Source: Vicugna vicugna (lineage: Eukaryota). From it: a stretch of DNA of 64,000 bases. Every line of letters begins with the position of its first letter. The first letter of the stretch is position 1. The stretch spans positions 4,024,880 to 4,088,879 of the forward strand of contig MU058337.1 in assembly GCA_013265495.1 (NCBI GenBank), read 5' to 3'. A program made the translations under genes and the position numbers. Positions 47,071 to 60,979 of the stretch are shown in pieces. A model generated the notes under the pieces. It worked only from the letters and a program-made list of their open reading frames with translations. It was not told the origin of the DNA and ran no database searches.

Positions 47071-50000
47071 CCTACCAACTTCTACACACATTTGTTATGC
47101 AGCTTCTCATTGAGCTGCAGTCATTTTTGAAACTGATCTTGTGCACCCCACTAGACCACACTGAGGTCGAGAACTTTTGCCTTTCATATTTCTAGAACCT
47201 GAACCTTCAAAAATGCCTGGTATGTAACGAGCCTCGGCATGAAATATTTGTTGAACTGATATATGTGATTTCTTCCTCATTCCAGCCTCCAGCCTCCAGT
47301 TTTCCAGGTGTGACTGGCAGGCTGACTTAATTTTCTTCTTCATCGACCTTGTTTCCTCATTATCGCCTCTGCTTCCTTCAGACAGAGAGCTGTGTAGTTT
47401 AAAGTCAATCTGATAAATCTACCCTGATTCCTATTTATTTTCTTTACTTGATTTTTGATTTTGGGATTTTGAACTAGACTTTATCCCAAGTCCAACTGAT
47501 TTAGTCAGACAGCAGAAAGATGTGAACTTTTCCCCCGGCTGCTGTGTACAAATCAAATAATATATAAGAGAATGGAAGCGCTCCCTGGCACGTGGAGGGT
47601 GGCTGATAAATGGGCTATTATTTCTATAATCTCAACTAATCAGCCATCATGGAGACAGAAATGATTATAAGAATCTACCACATTTGCATCCCCAACTACA
47701 AGTTACCAGCAACAGTGAGTGGTTAATTTGCCTTTTATTTGCAAAATTCTTTATCTGGTTTTGACCTACATTTGCTACCATTGTTTCTGTCACTTTTCAG
47801 TTTCGTGTTTTATGCTTTTGCAGTTGTCTGTCTATTCTCCCTACACAGGAGCTCCTAGTAGTCAATAATATTAGCTCAGAGTTAATGTTTATCTAACACT
47901 TACTGTGTTAGACACTGTCACAAATGCTGAATATCTATTAACTCATTGAAACATTTTAGTCCATTCTTTCTTTGTTATTTGTTTCCTCAGATCCATGTCT
48001 GCATATTATAATCAAGATCCCAACATTTGGTCAATACTGACTACGTCTGCTCTCAGTATTGACTGCCTTTGCAAATGAATATTAGCAAAAACAAATGTTC
48101 TCATTTGTCAGCAATCAAAAAGTTATTGGAAGAATCAAATAACTTAGCAGGTGAAAAATTGCCATAGGGTAGTGCCTGGCACAGTAGATGTTCAATAAAC
48201 GTTCCTCACTCAATCAAAACGAAAAAAAAAAATCAAAACTAACCACGAATAAGCCAATAGCTCTTGGCTTTTTGCTGTTTAAGTCACCGCAGCTACGATC
48301 TTGTAGGCTCCAGAACATAGATCCTGATTTTTTTCCCTCTGGTCCTAAATGGATATTTTATTGGTACAAAATATGTAAAAGTAATAACATGTCAAGTTGA
48401 GCAGTCTTAATTAACCGCCTTCTCACACTCTGCCTATCTCTTTGCCTTTGACCTTGTTGAAACATGAAGTGAATCTCCTTCACACTATACCCTTAATGAG
48501 GTCATTAGCCCACATACCCAGTGAGATAGTGGCTTCTGTCACAAATTTCCTACTTCAAGATATTTCCCTTTAGCTGCTGAAAGAATTAACCTTTTAACTG
48601 AAAATAAATTCTAATTGCTAATCACAACTAAACCTTTAGATATATTATTCCTTAAAATGAATACTTTGCATTTAAACGTGGTAAGCTTTGTGAGTAGCCA
48701 CTCACTAAAGAAGTTTAGGTCTCTTGTTAAGTTCCTGTGTTGGCCAACTTTTAATTATTTGTGCTAATAGGTAGCAACATAATTGAAATTAATGATCCAA
48801 TAGCCCCATCCCATTTTCCAAAAACCTTTCCTTTTATATTTGCCACAACATCTACCACACTTAAATCACTTAAGTTTGATCTCCTTCTGTTTCTACTACC
48901 CATGTTTATAGATGAAACGCTAATAAGCAGACAAGAGTCAAATAGTTCAACTAGAGGAACAAAAGAAAACAGATTAGCACACTCACAAAAGAATATTCAT
49001 CCCCAGATAAGTAAGAATCAACTATACTTCCTATTATAAGAGAATGGGGGGAAATTTACATTGTGGTAATTATAAGTGATGTGTGATCAATCAAAAAATA
49101 GTGTTTTTCACTGACTAATACATAGTGTTCATCTCACGTACCAACTCCAATCTAAGGTGCATGATGAGAAAGATTGCAGAATCAAGGACATGGATGGAGG
49201 GAGAGTGCTGGCAGAGCTCACTTTGTCTAGGCTTTTGAGAAGAGCTTTATTCATAATAAAGTGCTTCAACCTTTTCATATCTGTAATGCGCACTTAATTC
49301 ATACAAGCCTCACCTTCGGGCCAACCACACCTTCCATTTCTGGTATGTAGGCTGCCATTGACCATTCATGTCCTGCACCGCACTGCCACTAACCCAGCTG
49401 CGCCCCCTGGATTCCCGGAAGATGGTACTCACTCCCAAAGGAGGATGGCAGCCGTGAGAGAAGCTTTTTCCATTCTGCTCTACATTGTAATCATCCACAT
49501 ATTGAATTTGTTTCCTTCCTCCATCAAACCATCTTCACCTTCAAGGCGAAGACTTATCACTGTAGCCCCAGCCATGCCTAAAACAGAGCTTGGTATGCTG
49601 GAAGCCCTGGCGGGATATTTTCCAAGTTGAACTGAAGATTGTATTATGGATAAATATCCTTTGATTTACTTTATGTTTATTTAAATTTATTTTGTGTCAT
49701 TTTGCAAATATTACTGACTTTATCAACTTAGTATTTATTTTTCCCTTTTGTCCCTGTTACTGACAATGAACAATATTCTCTACAGAGTGTGTGCATGAAA
49801 ACCAAAAAAGAAAAAAGAGAGAGGGAAAAATAGAGAAAGAAAATGGTAAACAAAGTCTTGCGTTTAAACTCCCTGTTTTATATTTCCAGATGAAAGTCCA
49901 ACAGCACCCCATGTTCTCAGCTAACCTGCATAATGCATGAGGCTATGGCTCCACTGAAATAAAAAAATAAAATTTTAAAAGCAAGGTTACATTACTCTTC

Positions 50001-50574
50001 TTTGAGACCATACTTCTCAATTATCCTTTGGCTTTTGTCTAAATAATCTTTCATCCCCATGAAGTTTAGTGTTCTCTCCCCTTTTCCATTGTAAACAATT
50101 GACTTCACAAATGCAGAATAATGAAGTTAGGTTTAATAATGGAAAGTTATGACTGCTGATAGCAAATAAATCATATCTCTTTATCCTCCCCATGCTTTGC
50201 TTCTTGGTCTCTGTGGTTCCTTCTTCCTGGATCTGTGCCTCTTAAATGCCTAAAGGTCTAAAAGCTGAAAAGTGGAAAAGATGAGAAGAATTACCGTTAA
50301 TGAGGACAATTGGGTACTGTGACTTTGCAGTCAGTATTTTAAGTACAAAGCAAAAGAATGCTAATTCAAGAGCCAGCTTGAATGTTTCATCTTGTTTTTC
50401 AACAGGAGCACCTGGAAGAATGTGCTATTTCTGTTTAAATAGGTTTTTATGAGACCCATCATGGCTCTGCACACGATGATGTGCAAAAGGTATTTAATAC
50501 AGAGTGAGAAAGACAAAAACTGACAATACATTTGTTTCCAGATTATTTAAAAGACATTGAATCACTAAACCAGT

Positions 50575-50725
50575 AAAGGAAAAGGAAAGAAGGAAGGAAA
50601 GAAGGAAAGGTGAAAGGAAAGAAAGAAGGGAGGAAGAAAGAAGGAAAGAAAGAAAGAGAAGGGAGGGGGAGGAAGGTAGGAAGAAAAGGGAAAGACAAGA
50701 AAAGGAAAGGAGGGGGAAAAAAAAG
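50575..50725. repeat. Polypurine (GAAA/GGAA)n low-complexity tract
   Basis: Directly visible. Confidence 0.95.
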
Positions 50726-51280
50726 AAATACTGACATGGGAGAATTAACATAAGCTTTCTTTCATAATAAGTAAATTGAAAGAGCAAAGGAAAGACTTTC
50801 AACTAACTTACACAGCACCTGTCAAAGTCCAAGGTTGAGTCTATCTGAAGAAAACAATGTGGTCAGTTTCTACATTACAGAGCTCCAATAAAACCATCTG
50901 AAATGTCTAAATGTATGTTTACTGTGACTCACGTTTTCCCTGAACGCACAGGCATGCACCCAGCTGTTATATAGTCAATGACATGGAAGGTATCTTTCCA
51001 GTTCAATGACCAAAAGGCTAAACCCTTGTCCTTTACCTGATAATAGCACTTGTACTGAAGGAAAGAGAATGAGATGGGTAAGGGGTGTTCGGAAACTGGA
51101 ATATACCTTTTGTTTTTTTTAAAGAAAATCAGTGAGGAAGAAAAGGGACTCCACCATCACAATTCTCTATTCAGACATTCCTACTCCAAGACTCAAATTC
51201 TCTTAAAAGCAAAATGCCTCCCTCTTCTTCTTTTGCCATCTCCTTAACTTACTGTTTCCTCTATTCTCTATTTCTCTTAT

Positions 51281-51574
51281 TAGCATTGCCAGATTTTGCA
51301 AATAAATATCCAGGATGACATGCAGTTAAGTTCGAATTTCAGGTAAATAACAATTTTTTTAGTATAAGTACACTCCATGCAAGATTGAGAAGCCTTATAC
51401 TGAAAAAAAAAAAGACTCATTGTTTATTTGAAATTCAAATTTAAACAATGAATCATTTTTTTAGTATAAATATGTCCCAAATATGGCATGGGACATACTT
51501 ACACTGAAAAATTACTTCGTGTTTATCTGAAGCTCAAGTTGAGCTGGAGCTCCTGAATTTTATCGGGCAACTTG
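51281..51574. mobile_element. MER53-like palindromic hAT MITE with duplicated core
   Basis: Termini tagcattgccagattttgcaaataaa ... ttttatcgggcaacttg, with two copies of the ttttttagtataa-loop-ttatactgaaaaa core. Confidence 0.85.
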
Positions 51575-53798
51575 GTTGTTACGTGAAATCTTCCATTATT
51601 CAAGCCCAGATCAAATCCTATTCCTTCAGTGACTGTTTCCATATCTATCTTATGCTGAAGGGATTCATGCATTTATTCATCACCTCCTAATCAACAAATA
51701 TACATTGAACACCTGTTTTCCTCCAGGAACTGTGTCAGGCACTGAGGATAAAACAAAGGGTCCATAGCTAAAAGCCAGAGGATGTCCTGGAAGGCAGGCA
51801 ACAGTGATACAGCGGAATAAGTCCTGTAAGAGAAAGGCACAGGGTACCAGGGGAAATCCCCAAGTGAGTCTCATGGTAGGACGGCCGGCGGTCCATTCCC
51901 TTTATCTTCTATCTGTGCCTTATCCAAGGGCAAATGCTCTTCACATCCCTGGTTACTGCAGGACAAAAGCAGGTCTGACTGACCTGAGAAAGTACGGTCA
52001 TGAAAGCTTGTAAAGTAACTGTTTATGGTTAATTATCATGTAATTAAAAATAAGTAAAACATCCTTACCCATTCGGTAAAAAATTCAGAGCAAACCAAAA
52101 GTGGTGTAGAGAGATGTACTTAGGATGGAGTATTGAGACTTAATTACACACTTAAATATGCTGAATGCTCTAAAGTCTTAGTAACTTTCAAAAGGTGACC
52201 TTATAAGGCTATGTGATGAATGTTAACAATATCCATTTTTCCATTTGCATAGCATGAGGATGCTTAAAACACGAGGGATTAATTTGGAAGCACTCCAAAC
52301 CTCCATTCTCTAAGGAGGGTACTGAATGTTCCCAATTTTTGATGGCTGGGGTTTCTAGCAAATACGTCATGATTTAAATTTTAGCTACCTGGGATACCGG
52401 TAGGAACCAGAGGAAAAAACATTTTTTTTTAACTATGGAAAAAGGATGATGAACTGACAATACTCAGATGAAGAGAGTTTTATCAGCAGGAAATCATCTT
52501 CCTCTATGAATAACAGAGGCTTCTGTGCGCAGGTCTCAGTGTTTATGTCCCACTTAGTTTAATGTAGTAAATCAGGGGAAGGTTAGCTCAGTATAATTTT
52601 TGCTAATAAATTAAGGTGTTAAAATCAGTAAAATTGTTGGGAAGAGCTGTTTCTCCCAGATGACATACTGATAACAAAAGCTAAGACCTCACCAACTGTG
52701 AAATAAAATCTATGGCCTTGTTCCCTTCAGAGTCAGAAGACAGCACAGAAATGGGAAGATAGCAAACAAAATTTTGTTCGATACTTATGTACATCACAAG
52801 TTTCAAAATCCCAAAAATATACAAAATCTTCTTCCTTTGGGGAAATTTTACAGCATATAAGTCAATGTGAACTTCATAGATAACTGACAATACATAGTAT
52901 GACATTTAGAAAAACATTAAATGTCAACAGAGACATCTAGAGTGAACATGTCACAAAGGCCTGTGTTTATCACAATAAAATACAAATAAAATTGGGGGAA
53001 TAATAGAATCTCAGAGGCTGAAAGACCTTTAAAGTTTATCTGGTTTACTCACCCTGAGTTTTAATATACTCTCTAGTGTCTTCTCTCAAATCTAGGCAGT
53101 TCTGACTTACGTGTGAGTGATTGTACAGTATCATTCAGAAGTTCATAACCTATGTTTCCACTCAAAAATCATCACTAAGATTGACTTTTTGAGAAAGAGC
53201 AAGAAAATGGGGCCAAGATTGGGAAAGGACTTTGAAAACACTTGTTTTCCACCAACTCCACAACAAACAACTCTTTCTTTCTCTCTTTCAACTTCACCCA
53301 CTTAATCTTCCAACCTTTAGAAAGAGAACTTGGGCCCTTGGAGAAGGAAGACTGAGTGAGCTGAGAACCATGGGTGGGAACATTGATATGAAAGGAGAGG
53401 AAGATCAAGAACAGGTGCTGAAGGTCAGTGAGGACAGTGCAGAGTCAAGTGTCCTTACCTTGGTCTGGAGCCAGGGAAAAGTAATGTTATCAGAGACTTT
53501 TCTTTTTTTTTTTTTAACTGTGGTTAAACACACATAACATAAAGTTTACCATCTTAACCGTTCTCAGTTGATAATAGTTCGTCCTCATGGCTCATGCATA
53601 ACTCACCTGTGAGTTGTTTGAAGATGTCAGTCTTTGGAAAGTTGATAAACTCCAGCCTCTCTATACCAGAAAACCAGAAGATAAGTCACTCCCAGGGAGA
53701 CACCTCCAAACTTGTGCCACTAAAGGCCTATTCCATGAGCAGCTGAGCTCTCTCGTAGGTTTACCTTTGGGATCTAACTTCCATGCAGGGGCAAAGGA

Positions 53799-53831
53799 TT
53801 ATCTATCTATCTATCTGCCTATCTGCCTATC

Positions 53832-53880
<49 letters not shown>

Positions 53881-53893
53881 CCTATCTATCTAT
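53799..53893. repeat. (TATC)n tetranucleotide microsatellite
   Basis: Directly visible, with interruptions. Confidence 0.95.
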
Positions 53894-54974
53894 ATATCCA
53901 GCAGTAGTAAAGAATGAATCTCAGTGGGAAGATCTATCACAGGTTGTAAAGATCAAATCTGTTTCAACCCAAGATAAAGGATAGAAACTGAGATAGTACA
54001 GTTAAGTTGGGAAATGGGCACAATTGCTAAAACCAGGACACCCAATAAAAATGAAGGAATAATTTAGATCGTCCCAAGCCATGACAGGCAAGGCTGGAAA
54101 GGAGCAATAGCATAAATCAGGACAGATGTGACTTTGACACCCTTCAGTCCGTCCCAATCAGCGAAGGAATCCTATCTGCCATCTTCATCCCATTATCACT
54201 TGATGTGAACCTCTCTTCTGCCCTCCTTTTAGGTGCAACTCTCAGAAATAAACATAAAATCTGTCATTTACACCTTAAGGTGAATGTTATCCCACTCAGC
54301 GGGCTCTGACAATTACTCATATGTTAAGCCTCAGCCTCTATAAATAAGCACCATGGTGAGTTGAGTTCCTGGAGACAACCATGGAGGTGACTTAAATGGT
54401 CAGGTAGCAGGGAAACCAAGTACGGTAATCCACAGGTCTGCTGGGCCACGGTAGGTAGGTTTCTCAGAATGAGAATCCCAGGCAAGTCAGCCGCTCAGAT
54501 TAGAAATAGTTCTGACCTCGCTGGCTGGATTTTGTAGCAGACATCAGTCACTGACTGCAGCTTTTATTTTGTTTTCTGGGTTTTTGTGTTTGTGGTTTCT
54601 GGTTTGTTCAATAGCTTGACGATCATTCTTTAAGATGAACATAGACAGGGATGACCAGGATTCTGAATCCAGTGTCTATAGCCACCTTCAAAACGGCCCG
54701 GGGTAGTCAGGCACACAAAACACGAGGATGCACAGAATTACACTGTATGACTTTAATACTTTGTTCCACAGCCCGTAATCTAAAAAACTCAATGCACCAC
54801 CTCAGCCCCGATCCTACACGCATCTATTTTAATCTTTGTTCTCTGTTACTTTAAAAATTCACAGAAGGATGAGCCCAAGGGAAAAGCATGCCAAAAGAAA
54901 GAACGAATGTAGTCCTAAGGCCAGCTTTGAGGAAACGAGAGGATAGACAAGAGCCACAGACAAAAACTGGCCCA

Positions 54975-55265
54975 TGTCTGGGAGTGTTTCTTTTGAAGGT
55001 GAGTTCATTAGGTACCACAGAAAGCGGGTGGGAAAGGATACCTTAGGGAGTTTGAGATTGACAAATGTTAACCACTATATAAAAAAACAGATAAAAAGCA
55101 AATTTCGTCTGTAGAGCATAGGGAACTATATTCGGTATCTTGTAATAGCCTCTAATGAAAAAGAATATGAAATTGAATATATGTATGTATATGCATGCCT
55201 GGGACATTGTACTGTACACCAGAAATTGACACATTGCAACTGGCTATACTTCAATTAAAAAAAAA
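54975..55265 (+). mobile_element. Camelid-type L1 3' end with a short inverted 5' segment
   Basis: gggagtttgagattgacaaatg..tacaccagaaattgacacattg..ttcaattaaaaaaaa. TSD-like aaaaactggccca / aaaatttggccca. Confidence 0.85.
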
Positions 55266-56979
55266 TTTGGCCCAGACCATCTGTCTTACCTTCCTCTGTC
55301 CATAACCATCACCTGGGTTCCTGCTTAGTAGTGTAATCTGTCTACCAATTCCTGAGTTACAGAAACCCAAAAAGCAGCCGACTGTCTGGAATAAAGATGG
55401 AACTCGTGCAGTAAAAACAAACCAAACACAATCTCTCAAAAATTATCTTGTCACACACGCAACAAAAATTCAAAATGCTCTCCTCAGTAATTATCAAATG
55501 TTAAGATAATCCTCAGTGAAACAGATGGAATAAATTAGAGTTCAATATTTAAATGTTCACTGGGGCTCTCACAATTTTCCAGATAGTCCAAAATTCCAGA
55601 GTAGTATTCCTCAAGATGTACCAGAGATTTTTTTTTTTTTTTTTTGGAGTTCTTACCACATTGGAGAAGCTCTGCTCTTTTTATTAGGAGAGGGGCAGGG
55701 AGGGGTATTCTGATGGATGACTTCCAAGTCACTGAAATTTTCTGTCTATAGAAACAAGATACACCATAGGAAAATCAAGCTCAGATGTGAGTAAATTGTG
55801 GTGCCTCCCATCTCTTTATGGGAATTGACGTCCATAGACTTTTTTGAAAGTATACATTTTACCAGAACTCAAGGATGTTTTTAAACAAGGCTTTCTCACA
55901 CAGTATCATTGGCTTCAGTCACTCTATAATTAGATTCAATTAACATGTCCCAAACGCCAGAGGGCTTGGCAATAGTGACAACGTTCACTACAGTTAATGT
56001 ACAAAAATTAAAATGTTTGCTCTCTGTAGCATTAAATTACATATCATATTCCTCTTTACTTCTCTAATGTTCCTTCTTAGGAACCTAGAGAATTATGGTT
56101 TCTTGTGGTGGGTCATACATATCAACTTTTTAAAAGACAAGTTTACTGGTAGATTATATAGTATGAAGACAGAACAATCAACTCATAATAAAAGACAGAA
56201 GTTTTTGAACCCCATCCTTCTTTCTTGTCAATTGCCTGGTTGAAATCGACCTTCCTGGAAGAGGTCATGTATGAGGATGAGAGATGGGCCATTTGAAAAG
56301 ATGAAATGTAATACTTTTCAAGATATGTAATAGCAACCTCTAGTTCTATCAAATAAGAAGTATAAGATAAAATAAACTCTACATATAATCATGCCTATAA
56401 CACTTAGTGGCTTCATGATCATGAAGCAAAATATCATGATGAGAATGAAAGACAGAAAGAAAACAAATAAACTACAGTGTGAGGTTTGAGATGGACCTAC
56501 TTATACAACACACGGCTACATTATTTTCAGAAGTTTAGACATGAATTACCAATTCCAAATTGACCAATTCAGTGACAGAAATAAACTCATGTATGAATAT
56601 TAGTCAAGAAAAGAGAAGAACAAAATGAAGGGAAAACTAAATGAATGTTTAATAACTCATCAACATAAAAGTACGATAGTTGCCACACAGTAAGCAATCC
56701 TGACCAATATTCCGATGAGAATAAAACAAGTGTAAACAGCTTTAAAAGATCCATTTGAAGATAAAAGAGCTGATAAGAGATACAGAGAAGTGAGGGGGTT
56801 AAAGAAGTGTTGGGATCTTTTTCCCCTGAGGTTCTTGGACTTCTAGAAGGGAGTATACAGAAAGGATCTGTGGCACAAGGAACACCTTTTTATGGGTGGA
56901 ATACAGTGGTTGGAGTCCAGCACACAATGAAAAATAACCAAGAACTCAACAACCTTCATTTGAACAACATAAATGAAAC

Positions 56980-59100
56980 CTAGTCAGAGTGAAAAAAGAG
57001 GCACCAGAATCAGACCCACGGTCACTCCAAATACTGGAGAGTCTACATTTTAAAAGGATGATTACTGTTTTCAATAAGATGGCAAACAAAATCGATAGTT
57101 ATGATCTGAGAACTGGCCAGTTTCAAAATAACAAAAATTCTAGCACCAAAGGCACAGTCACTGCAATTAGATGATATGCATCAGTTTAGCAGCAGAATAA
57201 ACTCAGCCAAATGGAACGCGAACTGACGAACTGGTAGAGAGACCAGAAGGAAAGATTCAAAATAAGAGATAGAGAAAATATTATAGAAAATACATGAGAA
57301 TCAGCATTCAGAAGGCACTGAGAAGGCCTAAAGTATGTAATTTGTGTCTGGGAAAAAAATGGGACAGAGTAATATTTACAAAGATAATGGCTGACAGTTT
57401 GCCAAAATTGAGGAAAAATATCAAACAACATATTAAGGAATACTATGAAGTCCAAGCAAGATACATAGAAAGAAAAGTGTATGTAAATGCATCATATAAA
57501 ATGCTGACAACTAAAGATAAAGAGAAAATATTAACATCAGGGAGATGTGGAAAAAATGACAAATACTTTCAAAGGAGCAACAATAAGACTTAGAGTTAAT
57601 TTCTCAACCAGCACAATGGAATTCAGAAGAAAATGGAATTACCTCAAAGAGCTGAAAGCAAGTAACTGCTCAAATAGAATTTCATATCCAGTTTAGATAT
57701 CCTGCAAGAATGGAGATGAAAACAAAAACAAAGAATCTTCTGTTAGAAGCTCCTCACTAAAGAAAACGTTCAGTGCTGCTTTCAGACAGAAAAAAAAAAA
57801 TCACCCCAGATGGAAGCTCAGAAATGCAAAAATAATTAAGAGGAACAAAATAGTAAGTATATTAATGAGATCTAATGAATGCTGACTATGTAGGTGAAAT
57901 AATAATGTTTTATTTAAGACAGAGAGATAAAATTCACAACCATGACATGTCAGGAGTGGTTACTGGCATTATCTGGGGATAGGACAGACATAACAATAAA
58001 ACTGGGTTTATAATTCAGGTGTGCATGTTGTAATTTCTACCGCAACCGCTAAATAATCATGGTAACACAAGGCTCCCAGTCTCACACAGAGGGGAGATAT
58101 AATAATAGAAAATAATAAACCCAAAATGAGGCAAGAAAGGAAGGGAACATTGAATATGTTCAAACAGAAAGCATTTAGTAAAATTGAAGATTCAAAGCCA
58201 AGTAAATATGAGAAAGGAATTTTCAGAATACATAAAACTTAAAAATGGGACTCTAAGTGGCTATAAGAAAGATATCTTAAATATAAGTAAATAGAAAGGT
58301 TGCAAATAAAAGAATACAAATAGATGTGCTATGGAAGCACTAACAAGGAGGAATTTATTGTTGTTGTATTTTAAAATGATAAAATTTAATTTATGACAAA
58401 AAGTATTACCAGAGATAGAGACAATTATATTAACGACAGGTTTAAATCAGTAAGAAGACATAATTTGAGATTTCTATAATTTAATAATATAGCTCACAAT
58501 ACATAAAAGCAAAGTTGATAGAACTTAAAGAAGATATAATATATTCACAATTATCATGGGATACTTTAACATACCTCTCTCTATAATTAATAGAACAAGC
58601 ATACAAAAAATGGTAGAAATACAGAATATTTGAAAAATATGACCAACAAAGGAATTTAAATAATACCATACTCCAAACTGCAGGAGACACATTCTTATCC
58701 AGTGCACACAGAACATTTACTAAAATGGAACAAATGCTCATTCATTAAGAAAATCTCAACAAATTCGAAAGAGTAAAATAAAACATATTCTTTAACCACA
58801 ATTCAAGCTATAAATTTCTTTAAAAAGATAATTAGGAAACTGCATATATTTGCAAATATTAATGTATACTTCTAAATAAACCTTGTATCAGAGAATAAAT
58901 TAAAACAAAAATTAGAAAATATTTTAACTGATTGATATGAAAAATATAACATATCAAAACTTGTGTAATATAACTAAAGCAATTCAGAGTGAAAATGCAT
59001 ATATTAAGAGATAGTTTTTATATATGCGATTTTTATATATGATGCACATATATATAAAATCAAGTTACATACCCGTCTCAAGAAATGAAGAAAAAACAGA
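56980..59100 (+). mobile_element. Old L1 ORF1 plus ORF2 endonuclease remnant
   Basis: ORF1-like translation (57294..57593: VIFTKIMADSLPKLRKNIK..KDKEKIL) and EN-like DNA (atactttaacatacctctctc, cacattcttatccagtgcacacagaacattt). Confidence 0.8.
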
Positions 59101-59159
59101 GCAGTGCAATGGAGAAACTGACAAAAAATTTACAAATAAAAAAATTACAGCTACTTTTA

Positions 59160-60588
59160 TTCTTGCTTCATAAAGTATGTTGGAGAATATTTCTCTAAGT
59201 ATGTTAACTAATTCACCAATAGACCCTATGGGTCTGAATTTTTCTCTGGGAGAAGATGTGAATTACAAATTCAGTTTCTTTACTAGATACAGAACTATTC
59301 CCATTTTCTAATTTTTCTTGACTTAGTAATGTTGATAAGTAATGTTTGATAAGTAATGTTCTTTAAGGAATGTGTTCATTTCATCTAAGTTGTCTAATTT
59401 ATTGGCATGAAATTTTTTATAGTTTTTGATAATTATCCCTTTAATGTCTGTAGGATTAGCAGTGACATTGCCTTCTTTATTCCTGATACTTGTCATTGAG
59501 TTTCCCTTTATCTGATCAGGCATTCTACCTGTTTATCAATTTCAGTAATCTCGTCAAAGAACCAATCTAGTCTTCTCTATGGTTTCCTTCTCTTTCATCA
59601 GTATCTTATCATTTGTAGTATTTCTTCTTTTTTATCTTCTTAGGATTAAAACTTTAGTTCATTGATTTTCAGCCTTTCCTCTTTAATATAATCATTTGAA
59701 GCTATTCACTTCCCACTGCTTTTGCTGCATTCTGTCTTTTGATATTATGTATTTTCAACTGCATAAATTTCAAATTATTTTTAATTAATTAATTTTTAAA
59801 TTTTGTCCAACTATTTTTTGCGGGAGGGAGGTAATTAGGTTTAGTTACTTAGTTAGTTTTTAATGAAGGTCCTGGGGGTTGAACCTAGGACCTTTTGTGT
59901 GCTAAGCACATACTCTACCACTGAGCTATACCCTCCCCCGCAAAAAATATTTTAAAATATTTCTTGTGGTTTATTCTTTGACCCATAGATTACCTAGAAT
60001 TTTTTTAATGTCCAAATATTTGAAATTTCCCTAGCTATCTTATTGGTATTTATAATTAATTCTCTTGTGGTTAGAGAATGTACTACAGAAGATTTTGGTC
60101 TTCTTAAATTTATTTACAAATTGTCCTATTTTGTGATCTACCTTAGTTACTGTTCCATGTGCATTAGGAAAAAAAATGTGTAGTCTGTTGTCACTAGGTG
60201 TAAAATTCTAAAAATGCCTATTAAGTGAATATGGCTGATAATATAATTTAAAACTCCTACATCTTTACTTAATTTTTGGCTGTACGTTCTATCAATTACT
60301 GAGAGAGATGTTAAAAATTACCAAGTATGATTCTGGATTTCTTTCTTTTGTTCTATATGTATTTCATGTGTTCTTAAGTTTGTTAGTAGATGCATACACA
60401 TTTAGGATTACTACATCTCCAAAATGAATAGAATCTTTATCATTATGAAATATTTCCTTCATTGATTGTATTGCTCCTTTTCTTTAATTTAGTTTAGATG
60501 ATATTAACAGAGCCACACCAGCTTTCTTATGCTTACTAGTCTGATATGTCTTCCTTCTTTTTATTTTCACCGTCTGCACTTTTGTATT
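59160..60588 (-). mobile_element. Old L1 ORF2 remnant (antisense)
   Basis: ORF 59323..59523 reads IRNKEGNVTANPTDIKGII..YKKFHANKLDNLDEMNTFLKEHYL, typical of L1 ORF2. Confidence 0.85.
59813..59940 (-). mobile_element. Vic-1 type SINE inserted in L1
   Basis: gaggtaattaggttt..ggggttgaacctaggacct..gctaagcaca.actctaccactgagctataccctcccc. Confidence 0.9.
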
Positions 60589-60720
60589 ATGGACTGACTA
60601 TTTGTGTCTCCAAAAATTCATATTCTGAAGCCATAATTCTCAAAGGGATACTGTTTGAAGGGAGCTTTGAGAGGTAATTAAGGTTGAGATCATAAGGGTA
60701 GGCCCTGTAAGATGGACTTA
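60586..60720 (+). mobile_element. MaLR LTR 5' fragment (MLT1A-like)
   Basis: tatggactga..tttgtgtctccaaaaattcatat.ctgaagcc.taa..gaggtaattaaggtt.agatcataagggt. Confidence 0.7.
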
Positions 60721-60979
60721 GTCCCCATTCCACCACGGTTCAGTAGTGAACATTCATAAACCACTACTGAGGTTAAGAAATGCAGTACAACAACAGCAGC
60801 ACCCAGGAGCCTTTCTGTGGACCCTTTTAACCACTACTCCCCACCTCTCTGCAAAGTAGACCTTGATTTTCAAAGTAATCACTCCTTTGCTTTAAAAAAA
60901 AAATGCCACCTAAGCACACCCTCCTAAAGACCATAGTATGGTTTTGCTTCTTTTTTGCATTTTGAATAAATGACTCACA

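Noticed and set aside
49398..49415. CTCF-like site (minus strand AATCCAGGGGGCGCAG); a weaker one at about 42786-42800
   Set aside because: The 3' core matches but conserved 5' positions do not. It cannot be supported without a PWM score or ChIP data.
50494..50802. Hydrophobic 102-aa ORF
   Set aside because: Translation of the polypurine/polypyrimidine low-complexity tract.
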